A stretch of 64,000 nucleotides of DNA from the sequence record NC_070873.1. One strand, given 5' to 3'. This document shows, in pieces, positions 1 to 8,625 of the stretch. Source of the stretch: Escherichia phage St11Ph5. Made by a program: the position numbers and the translations under genes. Each line of letters begins with the position of its first letter. Position 1 is the first letter of the stretch. The notes under the pieces were generated by a model. The model saw only the letters and a list, made by a program, of their open reading frames with translations, was not told the DNA's origin and searched no databases.

Positions 1-48
1 TTGTAATGGCAGGATGGATAGCTTTTACTATCTACTGTGTAAACAACT

Positions 49-76
49 AACCCTCTTAACGGAGGGTTTATTTTTT
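49..76 (+). terminator. Rho-independent terminator-like hairpin
   Basis: Stem AACCCTC / GAGGGTT with short loop, followed by TTTATTTTTT; lies just upstream of first gene. Confidence 0.5.
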
Positions 77-123
77 ACATGTCATGTATACTAATCCTGC
101 TATTTACTTATGAGGAAATTGAT

Positions 124-957
124 ATGCCAACTTTGAAAGTAGGTTTTAACAAAACCACTAATGTCGCAACTGTACTGGATGCAGGTGGTTCTATCCCGGG
201 TGGTTCCGTAGAAATAGGTACTTTTGTACACCCGGATGCTACCTACCCTGATAGTTTAGTTATCTTTCATGGTGTTCGTGATCTGCTGTATAAATGCTCT
301 GCTAAAAACCCTGCTGAAGAGGGTTTCTGGCCTAACAACATTGTGGATATGCAGTCTATCTCTATTGATATGAAAGCTACTCCACGACTGACTATTGCTA
401 CCAAACTGCCTCGTGTAGTATCTGCTATCGAAGGTGAAGACATCAACTGGCATGTTGATGTAGCAGGTGGTAAAGCACCATTTACTTATAAATGGCAATT
501 CAAAGCTAATACTGCTGGTGCAGCATTCGCTGATATTAGCTCCAGCACTAACCCATCCGCTGCTACTGCAACATTGACCCTTAATGATGTAACAGCTGCT
601 TCCGCTGGTACTTATAAAGTGATTGCTACTGATGCTAATGGAACCACGGTAGAAGATGAGTCGTTGCTGGCTGTAGGCTACTACGAAGCAAGCTCCCTGG
701 TAGCTACTCCTGATTCACTGGCTCTGTCTGTTGCTGCTGATATTGCTGCTGGTAAGACCGTAACAATTGTTGCTATGCCTGTTGGTTCTTCTGCTGGTAC
801 TTTGTCTATCAAGACCGCTCCAGATTCTGCTCGTGCTACGGCTACCATTGCTGGTAATGTACTGACAGTTAAGCCAGTGGCTGCTGGTGATGCTACTTCT
901 GTAGTAGTTACCAACGGTACTGTCGATGTAACTATCTCTGTTACTGTTGCAGAGTAA
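124..957 (+). CDS. Ig-like domain protein, probable capsid decoration protein (N4 gp17-like position)
   Basis: ORF 79..957; preferred start ATG at 124 with GAGGA RBS about 8 nt upstream; Thr/Ala/Val-rich beta-type sequence with AGTYKV Ig-like motif; flanked by terminators. Confidence 0.5.
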   Translation: MPTLKVGFNKTTNVATVLDAGGSIPGGSVEIGTFVHPDATYPDSLVIFHGVRDLLYKCSAKNPAEEGFWPNNIVDMQSISIDMKATPRLTIATKLPRVVSAIEGEDINWHVDVAGGKAPFTYKWQFKANTAGAAFADISSSTNPSAATATLTLNDVTAASAGTYKVIATDANGTTVEDESLLAVGYYEASSLVATPDSLALSVAADIAAGKTVTIVAMPVGSSAGTLSIKTAPDSARATATIAGNVLTVKPVAAGDATSVVVTNGTVDVTISVTVAE

Positions 958-979
958 GAGTATTTCTTTTTGTGGTTAT

Positions 980-1010
980 AGCCCTCCTTAGCGAGGGCTT
1001 TCTTGTATCT
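980..1010 (+). terminator. Rho-independent terminator
   Basis: Stem AGCCCTC / GAGGGCT, loop CTTAGC, followed by T-rich tract. Confidence 0.5.
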
Positions 1011-1024
1011 ATAGGAGAGTAAAA

Positions 1025-1339
1025 ATGGCGCAAAAATTGCGTGTATGGCACATTCCCCAAGTGCCAATGAAGGCATTTCAAGTAGAGACTAATAGTCTTC
1101 AGGAAGCTGTTAAGATTAAGAATGCGTTAGCAGATTATGATCTATTCCAATATGAGAACAATGTCAAAGGCGATTATGCTAATGCTAACGGTATTGAGAT
1201 GTGGGATGAGACTATCTCCGATCAAGAACTAGTGGAGATGGGTTTAGAAGACCGTTGGGTAGATTGGTATATTGAAACTGAAGATGGTTTCTTTGATGAC
1301 CCAGAAGAGTATCTGAATTATCTAATCAAGCAAGTATGA
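1025..1339 (+). CDS. hypothetical acidic protein
   Basis: 104-aa ORF with AGGAG RBS upstream; followed by terminator. Confidence 0.55.
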   Translation: MAQKLRVWHIPQVPMKAFQVETNSLQEAVKIKNALADYDLFQYENNVKGDYANANGIEMWDETISDQELVEMGLEDRWVDWYIETEDGFFDDPEEYLNYLIKQV

Positions 1340-1385
1340 TTGCTTTATTTGGGGTTATAAACCCTGAAATGAAACCCTCAAGTTT

Positions 1386-1415
1386 GACCTCCCTATTAAA
1401 GGGAGGTCTTTTTTT
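1386..1415 (+). terminator. Rho-independent terminator
   Basis: Stem GACCTCCC / GGGAGGTC, loop TATTAAA, followed by TTTTTTT. Confidence 0.55.
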
Positions 1416-1440
1416 GACTTAAACATTCTGGAGCCAGGAA

Positions 1441-1653
1441 ATGTATAAAGAGATTGCATTCTTCTCATTCTTGCTAGGTGGTTTAATAGGTGCAGGATTT
1501 GTAGCTATTTCTAATACCTACTTTGGTTCTACTCCAAATTCTGTAACACAAACCCTCAAGCATGAATGTGAATTAAATATCCCTCGTAATCAAAACTGTG
1601 TAATGCAGTTCGTACCGGAGAAAAATGAATATCCACAATCTACATTTGGTTGA
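1441..1653 (+). CDS. hypothetical small membrane protein
   Basis: 70-aa ORF, N-terminal hydrophobic segment FFSFLLGGLIGAGFVAI; GGA before ATG. Confidence 0.4.
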   Translation: MYKEIAFFSFLLGGLIGAGFVAISNTYFGSTPNSVTQTLKHECELNIPRNQNCVMQFVPEKNEYPQSTFG

Positions 1654-1885
1654 GAAACTGTATGAAGAATACAATGACAACCGACAGCAATTAGCTAGTT
1701 TGAAGAAGTCACCACATATGGTGAAAGTATCATTCAATGGTACGGATTTAGGACCGCAAGCTCGTACAAGAATACTTCCTGAACTGCTGTCATTTTATCA
1801 AAAGAGGATTGCTGTCTTAGAAAAACGCTTTGAGCATTTATGTGTAGATTTATCACCACTCCCAGATGAAGGGGAAGATGAGTGA
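1625..1885 (+). CDS. hypothetical protein
   Basis: 86-aa ORF, start overlaps preceding ORF end. Confidence 0.4.
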   Translation: MNIHNLHLVEKLYEEYNDNRQQLASLKKSPHMVKVSFNGTDLGPQARTRILPELLSFYQKRIAVLEKRFEHLCVDLSPLPDEGEDE

Positions 1886-2067
1886 AATTAACCCAGTCCC
1901 AAGCAATCTTCCTTCGTATGGTTCAAGGTGGCTCTGCCACCAGCAACCGTAATAACAAAACCGCACAGTCCCTTAAGAAGCTGGGCTTAGTTCAGTTCAA
2001 TGCTGGTCTTGGGTGGTCATTAACCCTTATCGGTGTACTTAAACTCAATGAAATGAAAGGTAACTAA
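1882..2067 (+). CDS. hypothetical protein
   Basis: 61-aa ORF with ATGA stop/start overlap with upstream ORF. Confidence 0.35.
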   Translation: MKLTQSQAIFLRMVQGGSATSNRNNKTAQSLKKLGLVQFNAGLGWSLTLIGVLKLNEMKGN

Positions 2068-2397
2068 ATGAAAACTTTACTTAAAGGTATTGCAGTAGCT
2101 GCACTGATAGCTTTAGCTCCAAATGCACAAGCAGTTAAACCAGAACCAATTCTGGAAGGTGCTCAGGCTTATCTGGATGACACTCGTGATGCATTCGGAC
2201 AAGGATTCTTCATGGGCAGTATGATCTCTTACATCGAGAACACTAATAACTGTGTTCCAGATGGTATGAAGTATTCAGACATTCTGCCTAAGATTGCCAA
2301 AGTAGTTATTTATGACTCTGCAATCCTCAAACTGAAGAATACATCTCAAATTGTCGTGTACTCCGTACACAAGGCATATCCCTGCACTAAATCTTAA
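2068..2397 (+). CDS. hypothetical secreted protein
   Basis: 109 aa; N-terminal signal-peptide-like MKTLLKGIAVAALIALAPNAQA. Confidence 0.5.
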   Translation: MKTLLKGIAVAALIALAPNAQAVKPEPILEGAQAYLDDTRDAFGQGFFMGSMISYIENTNNCVPDGMKYSDILPKIAKVVIYDSAILKLKNTSQIVVYSVHKAYPCTKS

Positions 2398-2431
2398 TCA
2401 GTAATCCCATTAGCTTTAGGAGAGTAAGTAA

Positions 2432-3484
2432 ATGGCAAGCATTGACTCCTTGACTGTATGTAATTCACGTCAAGCTCGTAACTTTATTATCCGTGCTCTG
2501 AAAGCAGGTAACGTACCGTTCCTGACTTCATCACCAGGTATGGGTAAATCTGCAATTATTCGTTCTATTGCAGAAGAATTTGGTATGAAGCTGATAGACC
2601 ATCGTCTGTCTACTTCTGCTCCGGAAGACCTTTCTGGCTTACCATTCCGTAATGGCGACCGTGCAGAATTTATTCCTTTCGCTGACCTATTCCCTATTGA
2701 AGGGGATGAAGTACCGGAAGGTTATAATGGCTGGCTCCTGTTCCTTGATGAGTTCAACTCAGCTAAGAAAGAAGTGGTAGCTGCTGCATACAAGCTGATT
2801 CTCGACCGTATGACTGGTCAGAAAAAGCTTCATCCTAATGTGATGATTGTCTGTGCTGGTAACAAAGCCACTGACCGTGCCATTGTTAACCCACTAGGTA
2901 CTGCAATGCAGTCTCGTGTGGTTCACTTCGAAATGGAACTTAACTTCGACATCTTTGTTGAAGATGTAATGATTCCTCAGCAATGGGATGAACGTCTGGT
3001 TGCATTCTTACATGCTAATCCTGGTTATCTGCATGACTTCGACCCAGCACATAAGAATAAAACATTCTGTTGCCCTCGTACCTGGGACTTTGTTAACAAA
3101 GACCTCAAGAACCTGCCAGAAGGTGCTCTGCCTGATGAAGATTCTCTTTACTACGCAGGACACGTTACTGCTGGTAAAGCTACAGAGTTTGTTCAGTTTA
3201 CTCAGGTATACAATCGTATCATTACGATTGAGAAGGTGGTCAAAGACCCATTGGGCTGTGCACTACCCGATGATAACAACCTGTGTTGGGCTACCGTTAA
3301 CCACCTGGCTAACAAAACTACTGAAGAAAACTTCGCTGATGTTCTTCAGTACATTGAACGCTTTAAAACGTTCACCCATAAGATTCTGTACTTCCGTACA
3401 GTAGGCAGAGCATTACCAGAACTACAGGCTACCCCTGAATGGCGTAAGGCTGCTGCTAATATCTCTCGTTACATTCACGGATAA
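2432..3484 (+). CDS. MoxR/CobS-like AAA+ ATPase
   Basis: Walker A SSPGMGKS, Walker B LLFLDEFN, sensor-like VCAGN; 350 aa. Confidence 0.75.
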   Translation: MASIDSLTVCNSRQARNFIIRALKAGNVPFLTSSPGMGKSAIIRSIAEEFGMKLIDHRLSTSAPEDLSGLPFRNGDRAEFIPFADLFPIEGDEVPEGYNGWLLFLDEFNSAKKEVVAAAYKLILDRMTGQKKLHPNVMIVCAGNKATDRAIVNPLGTAMQSRVVHFEMELNFDIFVEDVMIPQQWDERLVAFLHANPGYLHDFDPAHKNKTFCCPRTWDFVNKDLKNLPEGALPDEDSLYYAGHVTAGKATEFVQFTQVYNRIITIEKVVKDPLGCALPDDNNLCWATVNHLANKTTEENFADVLQYIERFKTFTHKILYFRTVGRALPELQATPEWRKAAANISRYIHG

Positions 3485-3491
3485 TCACAAC

Positions 3492-4667
3492 ATGAACCAA
3501 TTTCCTCAGCACACACTTAGTGATGAACAACTCATGCGTGAGTATGACCGTATTCAGGCGCAGGCGTTTCTCGGACGCAGTGCTGCGTTCTTTGGTTCAT
3601 TGCTGTGTAGTCTTAAGTTCTCATGGAAACGTGAGGATTGCCCCACTGCATGTACTGATGGGATAGAACTCCATTTCAACCCAGACTTCTTTATCTGGAT
3701 GTGTCCAGATGCAAGAGAAACAGTATTAATGCATGAACTATGGCATGTAGCATATCTACATGACATCCGTCGTGGAAGCCGTGACCCGGAAATCTGGAAC
3801 CAGGCTTGTGACCACTTCATTAACCTTCAGTTAGAAGAAGATGGTTACAAGTTCACTGGCATTGACAAAGGCATTTGCAAAGACCCTCAATATAAAGGAT
3901 GGGTCGAAGAAGACATCTACGATGACCTGATGAAGAACCCTCAGAAAAGGCAGAAGCCCTCGGGGGGTGCTGGAGCAGGTCTTGCTGGCGACATGAAATC
4001 CCCCACTTCGGGGCAGTCCCAGGGTGCTGTTGTCAACAACGTAGTACGTGCAATGCAAAGCCAGAAAATGGCTGGTGGACAGATGCCCGGTAAGGGTGCT
4101 GGTCGTATGGAAGAGGTTATTACCCAATTCCTTAAACCAGTGGTTCCCTGGCAGGAAGTTCTGATGAACTTCTTTACCGACATTGATGACACACACTATA
4201 CGTGGGCCAGACCTAATCGTCGTTACACTGATATCTATCTACCTTCCCTGGAAGATGATGAAGGACGTTTACGTCACTTAGCCTACTTTGAGGATGTGTC
4301 TGGTTCTATTAGTAGTGCTGACTCTCTGCGTTTTAACTCAGAGGTTGCCTACGTTAAGAGCCAATTCAATCCTAAGAAGATGTCCTTAATTACCTTCGAC
4401 GATATTATCCAGGAAGAGATAGACATCACTGAAGAAGATACTTTTGAAGAGATTAAGATTACAGGTCGTGGTGGTACAAGCCTTGTGCCTGTACGAGATT
4501 GGATTATTAAGAATAAACCAACCGCTGCAATCATATTCTCCGATATGTATGTTCGCCCAATGGAAGAATTGCCATTTGATATCCCTATCATCTGGTGTGT
4601 TCTGAATAATCCTAATGCTACCGTACCTTTTGGGGAGGTAGTTCATATCCCTAAAGGAATGAAATAA
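3492..4667 (+). CDS. VWA-like partner protein with N-terminal HExxH motif (CobT-like)
   Basis: 391 aa directly downstream of AAA ATPase; LMHELWHV motif near N-terminus, Gly-rich linker; assignment by resemblance to MoxR-VWA pairs. Confidence 0.55.
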   Translation: MNQFPQHTLSDEQLMREYDRIQAQAFLGRSAAFFGSLLCSLKFSWKREDCPTACTDGIELHFNPDFFIWMCPDARETVLMHELWHVAYLHDIRRGSRDPEIWNQACDHFINLQLEEDGYKFTGIDKGICKDPQYKGWVEEDIYDDLMKNPQKRQKPSGGAGAGLAGDMKSPTSGQSQGAVVNNVVRAMQSQKMAGGQMPGKGAGRMEEVITQFLKPVVPWQEVLMNFFTDIDDTHYTWARPNRRYTDIYLPSLEDDEGRLRHLAYFEDVSGSISSADSLRFNSEVAYVKSQFNPKKMSLITFDDIIQEEIDITEEDTFEEIKITGRGGTSLVPVRDWIIKNKPTAAIIFSDMYVRPMEELPFDIPIIWCVLNNPNATVPFGEVVHIPKGMK

Positions 4668-5173
4668 TGGTTGTTAATGGTAATTCTCTATATCGTTCTT
4701 CTCAGTTGCTAGATGTCCCTGACCGTAAGATATCCGAGCATGGTGTAAGCTACGGATTGGGTGAAGCTGGTTATGATATTCGTATCAAACAGGATATTAC
4801 CTTCTATCGCTTACTTGGGTTGATTCCAATGGTGAAGGTCGTTGATGGAAATCAAGTATCACGACATTTTGGTAAGTTCACATTGGCTTCAGCAATTGAG
4901 AAGTTCAACATGTCTCCGTCCTGTGTAGCTATCGTTCACGATAAGTCTACATGGGCAAGACGTGCATTATCCGTATTTAATACAGTAATCGAACCAGGGT
5001 GGAAAGGTTGGCTTACTTTAGAGCTTGCCTACCATGGTCGTAAGAAATTGCATATCCCGGCTGGTTCTGGGATAGCTCAAGTATTATTTCATCTGGTTCA
5101 GGAACCTGCTAATTACAATGGCAAGTACATGAACCAGGAAAACAAACCAGTAGCTGCAAGAAGCAGTAAATAA
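4667..5173 (+). CDS. dCTP deaminase-like (dUTPase superfamily) protein
   Basis: 168-aa ORF overlapping upstream stop (ATGA); weak resemblance by eye only. Confidence 0.4.
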   Translation: MVVNGNSLYRSSQLLDVPDRKISEHGVSYGLGEAGYDIRIKQDITFYRLLGLIPMVKVVDGNQVSRHFGKFTLASAIEKFNMSPSCVAIVHDKSTWARRALSVFNTVIEPGWKGWLTLELAYHGRKKLHIPAGSGIAQVLFHLVQEPANYNGKYMNQENKPVAARSSK

Positions 5174-5182
5174 GGAAACAAC

Positions 5183-5392
5183 ATGTCAGTATTTCAAGTA
5201 ACTCATGCAACCTCAGATGTACGCTTAACCATTAATGCTGCAAATGTAATTGCAGTAGAACAGATTCCACAGTCTGACCATGCACGCGTCATATTTGTAG
5301 ATAATAACTATATAGAAACCAAAGAAACCTATCGTTCAGTACGTAATTACCTGAAGAAAGCACTTGCTTCTGCAAGCAAAGACGCTGAGTAA
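5183..5392 (+). CDS. hypothetical protein
   Basis: 69-aa ORF with AGGAAA upstream. Confidence 0.4.
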   Translation: MSVFQVTHATSDVRLTINAANVIAVEQIPQSDHARVIFVDNNYIETKETYRSVRNYLKKALASASKDAE

Positions 5393-5403
5393 GTAGCTGC
5401 CTA

Positions 5404-5430
5404 AATAGCCCAGCATTGTTGGGCTATTTG
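5404..5430 (+). terminator. terminator-like hairpin
   Basis: 9-bp stem AATAGCCCA / TGGGCTATT, loop GCATTGT; weak T-tract. Confidence 0.35.
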
Positions 5431-5465
5431 TGAAGAAACTAACTCAACCCCACATAGGAACCATC

Positions 5466-5717
5466 ATGGAATCTTTAGCAGCAATCCTTGTTATGTTGTT
5501 TGTATTAGCTGTATACCTTATCCCTACTATCATTGCTTTTGCACGAGGCCATGCCTCTAAGTGGGGCATTGGTGTGCTAAACATCGTATTAGGTTGGTCA
5601 CTGGTATTCTGGGTAGTAGCACTGATTTGGGCACTGTCCAATAAAGGAACTACAATCGTTAACGTTGGTAGTGGTAACCAGTACAACGTGTCCCAAACGA
5701 GCAGTAAAGCAGAGTAA
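5466..5717 (+). CDS. superinfection-immunity-like small membrane protein
   Basis: Two predicted TM helices; IPTIIAFARG ... LGWSLVFWVVALIWAL pattern; start ATG 5466 with AGGAA RBS (ORF extends to 5430). Confidence 0.5.
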   Translation: MESLAAILVMLFVLAVYLIPTIIAFARGHASKWGIGVLNIVLGWSLVFWVVALIWALSNKGTTIVNVGSGNQYNVSQTSSKAE

Positions 5718-5789
5718 CTAACCGAAGTATCCCCAAGAGGGTACTTCTGGAAGTTACTTCCAGCTCATTGCTTATCCATCTCCTAACCC

Positions 5790-5820
5790 AAGCCCACCTA
5801 ACCCGTGGGCTTTTTTATTT
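5790..5820 (+). terminator. Rho-independent terminator
   Basis: Stem AAGCCCAC / GTGGGCTT followed by TTTTTTATTT. Confidence 0.55.
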
Positions 5821-5848
5821 AAAGGTACTTCTTGTGACAAGTAGACGA

Positions 5849-6212
5849 ATGGTAAGTCTATCCTACAAGGACTGGACTTCGGTAAGCTGGAACAAACTGC
5901 AATGCTTGCTTTAGGTAAAACTATCCATGACCAAGTGGAAAGTGAAATTGAAGCAGATATTTATACAAGAATGCAGGTTCTTATTAAGAAAAATGGGTTA
6001 CTACCAGATCCCTTCATTCATACATTCCCCCAGAACCTCATCTGAAATCTAAGGTAGACCGAATCATAGATAAGTTCTGGCTTAACCCATGTAAGGATGA
6101 CACGCAACTTTATCTGGCTCAAATACAAAAGAATCCTCGTACTAAGGATGTATTCAAAGGCAAGAGCACTACCCATCACTACCCCTGGTATAGAAGAGGT
6201 AGTAAATACTAA
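5849..6212 (+). pseudogene. possible frame-disrupted gene (three short ORFs in successive -1 frames)
   Basis: ORFs 5849-5914, 5902-6045 and 5988-6212 overlap, each -1 relative to the previous; no single ORF over 75 codons; frame-0 piece has no ATG. Confidence 0.25.
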
Positions 6213-6655
6213 TGCGTATTCCATTCCTAAGAAAAAGAGAACGAAATCCTGTTCTTTATAATAAAGGCATAGAGGATGAGTATGAACTCAACCGTAAAGC
6301 TCGTTCCTACACAACAAAATTATTCATGGGGACTAAAAACCCTGATAGATTATTGGACTTTGTTTTTGAACAAGTCTTTATCATATACAGCTTAGCTATG
6401 TCTGCTGGTTCACAAGAAGTGAGTGATAAGGCAAGAGATGCTCTCTGTATGCTCCGTAAAGAGTATGAAGCCCTCATGTATGAAGACTTATACTCCTTTA
6501 AAAAAGAAACCGCTGTAGCGTGTTCTGTGGCTCTTACTGAAGGTGTAGCAGTATTACAGGAACTACCTCGTAGTGAGTTTAAGCTGGTATACGTTCAGGT
6601 TAAGAAAATCACAGAGACGAGAAGTGGTATCACCAACTATCTAAGGTCATTCTAA
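6212..6655 (+). CDS. hypothetical protein
   Basis: 147-aa ORF; start overlaps upstream stop (TAATG); ATGA overlap with thyX downstream. Confidence 0.5.
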   Translation: MRIPFLRKRERNPVLYNKGIEDEYELNRKARSYTTKLFMGTKNPDRLLDFVFEQVFIIYSLAMSAGSQEVSDKARDALCMLRKEYEALMYEDLYSFKKETAVACSVALTEGVAVLQELPRSEFKLVYVQVKKITETRSGITNYLRSF

Positions 6656-7599
6656 TGATTAAGGCAACTGTCATTGCAGATTCCGTTCATCCAGAAACAG
6701 GAACTCGTATCACAACCTTTGAATTGGTTTACCCCCGATTCATTCACAGTGAGTTTATGACTCACCGTGTATTTAACCGTAACGCTTCAAGCAGTCGTGC
6801 TATCCCAACTGCTAAGTTAATCGAACAGGTTCGTAATGAACCAGTGATGCCAAGTCACTGGGGTAAGAACCAGAAAGGAATGCAGGCAAGTGAAGAACTC
6901 ACTCCTATGGAGATTAAGGATGCTGAGTTCATTTGGGAAAATGCTGCCTCTGTTGCTGCTGTGTATGCTGAACAACTTCGTCGCGGACAAGTACATAAGC
7001 AGATTGTTAATCGTATTCTGGAACCATTCACGCATATCCGTGTAGTGGTAACTTCAACTAGCTGGGCTAACTTCTATGGATTGCGTGACCACAAAGATGC
7101 ACAACCAGAGATTTGTAAACTGGCTCAAGCAATGCGTAAGGCACATGAGGAAAGTACGCCAAGGGCATTACCATATGGGCAATGGCATCTACCTTATATT
7201 GCTCATATTGACCGTGTTGGGGCTTACAATTTCTGCAAACGTAATCGAATTACACGCGATGAACCAAGTGATGCAGAAGTGCATGGACTACTTCTCAAAG
7301 TAAGTGCTGCACGTTGTGCTCGTGCCTCATATAACAATTTTGAGGGACGTCCCTCTACTATCGAAGAAGACCTTGGCTTATTCGCTAAGTTAGTGGAAAA
7401 CCAACCTATTCATGCTTCCCCAACAGAACATCAAGCTACGCCTATGAACCTTAGTGAGAAGTATGTGAATAACATGAACCCAGTTACCTGGGAACAAGGT
7501 GTTACATCCATGGATAAAGAAGGTAATCTGTACTCAGGTAACCTGCTCCACTTTATCCAATTCCGTAAGTTAATTCCTGGTGAGACTATTACTGAATGA
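6655..7599 (+). CDS. thyX: flavin-dependent thymidylate synthase ThyX
   Basis: ThyX signature RHRxxxxxS-type motif in THRVFNRNASSSRAIP; 314 aa. Confidence 0.8.
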   Translation: MIKATVIADSVHPETGTRITTFELVYPRFIHSEFMTHRVFNRNASSSRAIPTAKLIEQVRNEPVMPSHWGKNQKGMQASEELTPMEIKDAEFIWENAASVAAVYAEQLRRGQVHKQIVNRILEPFTHIRVVVTSTSWANFYGLRDHKDAQPEICKLAQAMRKAHEESTPRALPYGQWHLPYIAHIDRVGAYNFCKRNRITRDEPSDAEVHGLLLKVSAARCARASYNNFEGRPSTIEEDLGLFAKLVENQPIHASPTEHQATPMNLSEKYVNNMNPVTWEQGVTSMDKEGNLYSGNLLHFIQFRKLIPGETITE

Positions 7600-7834
7600 A
7601 AAACTAGCTCTATATGCAATGCTAACTAGTGGCTTACTCCCATTAATTTTCGCATACAAAGTCGCCTTTGTATTAGAAACAGATATGCAGTTCATTCGAG
7701 CCAGTATTCTGTTATTAATAAGTGAGATTGGTTTGTGGTGTCTTTATTATATTGCTCGTGACTATGAAGCAATTCGCGAGCAAGAAGAAGTGAAAAAACA
7801 AATGATACGTTTTGTAGAACAAAATCGTAAGTAA
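7580..7834 (+). CDS. hypothetical membrane protein
   Basis: 84-aa ORF with hydrophobic segments; overlaps thyX 3-prime end; followed by terminator. Confidence 0.4.
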   Translation: MRLLLNEKLALYAMLTSGLLPLIFAYKVAFVLETDMQFIRASILLLISEIGLWCLYYIARDYEAIREQEEVKKQMIRFVEQNRK

Positions 7835-7840
7835 ACCTAA

Positions 7841-7866
7841 GACCTCCTCCGGGAGGTCTTTTTTTG
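7841..7866 (+). terminator. Rho-independent terminator
   Basis: Stem GACCTCC / GGAGGTC, loop TCCG, followed by TTTTTTTT. Confidence 0.55.
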
Positions 7867-7894
7867 GTTTCAATTAACTCTTTTAGGAGGGCAT

Positions 7895-8107
7895 ATGCCT
7901 GCTAAATACCGTATCAAAGACACACCTGTAATGTGTGAGGGTGAGAAAGGTGACATTGTATATGCCTGTATCCAGGATGATTTCAATGCTGCTCAAATGC
8001 TAACCCAAATGACCAATACACTGCATGTATCTGTAACACTGGACCCTACCGGTGACTATCCATGCTTCCCTATTCCTGCCCATAACCTGGAGCAAATCCA
8101 TGATTAA
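7895..8107 (+). CDS. hypothetical protein
   Basis: 70-aa ORF with AGGAGG RBS. Confidence 0.45.
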   Translation: MPAKYRIKDTPVMCEGEKGDIVYACIQDDFNAAQMLTQMTNTLHVSVTLDPTGDYPCFPIPAHNLEQIHD

Positions 8108-8414
8108 TCCTGAAGTAATTCATAGTAAAACCGGTAAGGCTATCCCACTTAGTGAGATTGCAGTTACAGGTGATATTGCTGCTTGCCCGGCAAACATTGC
8201 CTCTTTATGTATGTGCATTGCTGCATTGGCAGAGGAACGTAAGTTATGGCTGGAACCAAGCAAAGAAATGGTACTGGCTGGTATGGCTGAACTGAATGCA
8301 CTTCTGAAAGAAATGTATGACGAGAATGGTCAATTAGTTGAACCAACTGATGACCAAATATCAGACACTGTAGTATTTGTCCTTCAAGCAATGGCAGGTA
8401 AACGTAATGGCTAA
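8100..8414 (+). CDS. hypothetical protein
   Basis: ORF 8052..8414; preferred ATG 8100 overlapping upstream stop. Confidence 0.4.
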   Translation: MINPEVIHSKTGKAIPLSEIAVTGDIAACPANIASLCMCIAALAEERKLWLEPSKEMVLAGMAELNALLKEMYDENGQLVEPTDDQISDTVVFVLQAMAGKRNG

Positions 8415-8598
8415 TGTAAATATTGCCTCAGAGAAAACGCATAGCATTCAGATTAATGGATTAACTGAGTATCAGGTCTTATTCCTAATGAATGCTTTTC
8501 AAAATAGTCCAGTGGGCCACCATCCTAATGATGAACCACGAGAAGAAGCTGAACTACGTAAAGCTATTTTTGATAAGTGTAAACAAGTTCTAATGTAA
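8407..8598 (+). CDS. hypothetical protein
   Basis: ORF 8377..8598; preferred ATG 8407 overlapping upstream stop. Confidence 0.35.
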   Translation: MANVNIASEKTHSIQINGLTEYQVLFLMNAFQNSPVGHHPNDEPREEAELRKAIFDKCKQVLM

Positions 8599-8625
8599 GC
8601 AACATTTAATCTGGAGAGTAAATAA

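Noticed and set aside
2988-3404. 138-aa ORF in an alternative frame inside the AAA ATPase gene
   Set aside because: Entirely nested in a gene with clear Walker motifs; Cys/Leu/Ser-rich composition typical of an off-frame translation; no RBS
5747-5763. N4 vRNAP-type hairpin promoters (stem with 3-nt loop), also at about 25515-25535 and 61950-61962
   Set aside because: From memory, N4 early promoters have a purine (G) at the loop centre, whereas the loops here are TTA, GTT and CTA; they also sit in the middle/late or right-end regions, not an early region. Kept only as generic hairpins
5985-5995. Programmed -1 ribosomal frameshift site joining the overlapping short ORFs
   Set aside because: The only candidate (GAAAAAT) is not a canonical X XXY YYZ heptamer and no downstream pseudoknot was apparent; decay or sequencing error is more economical
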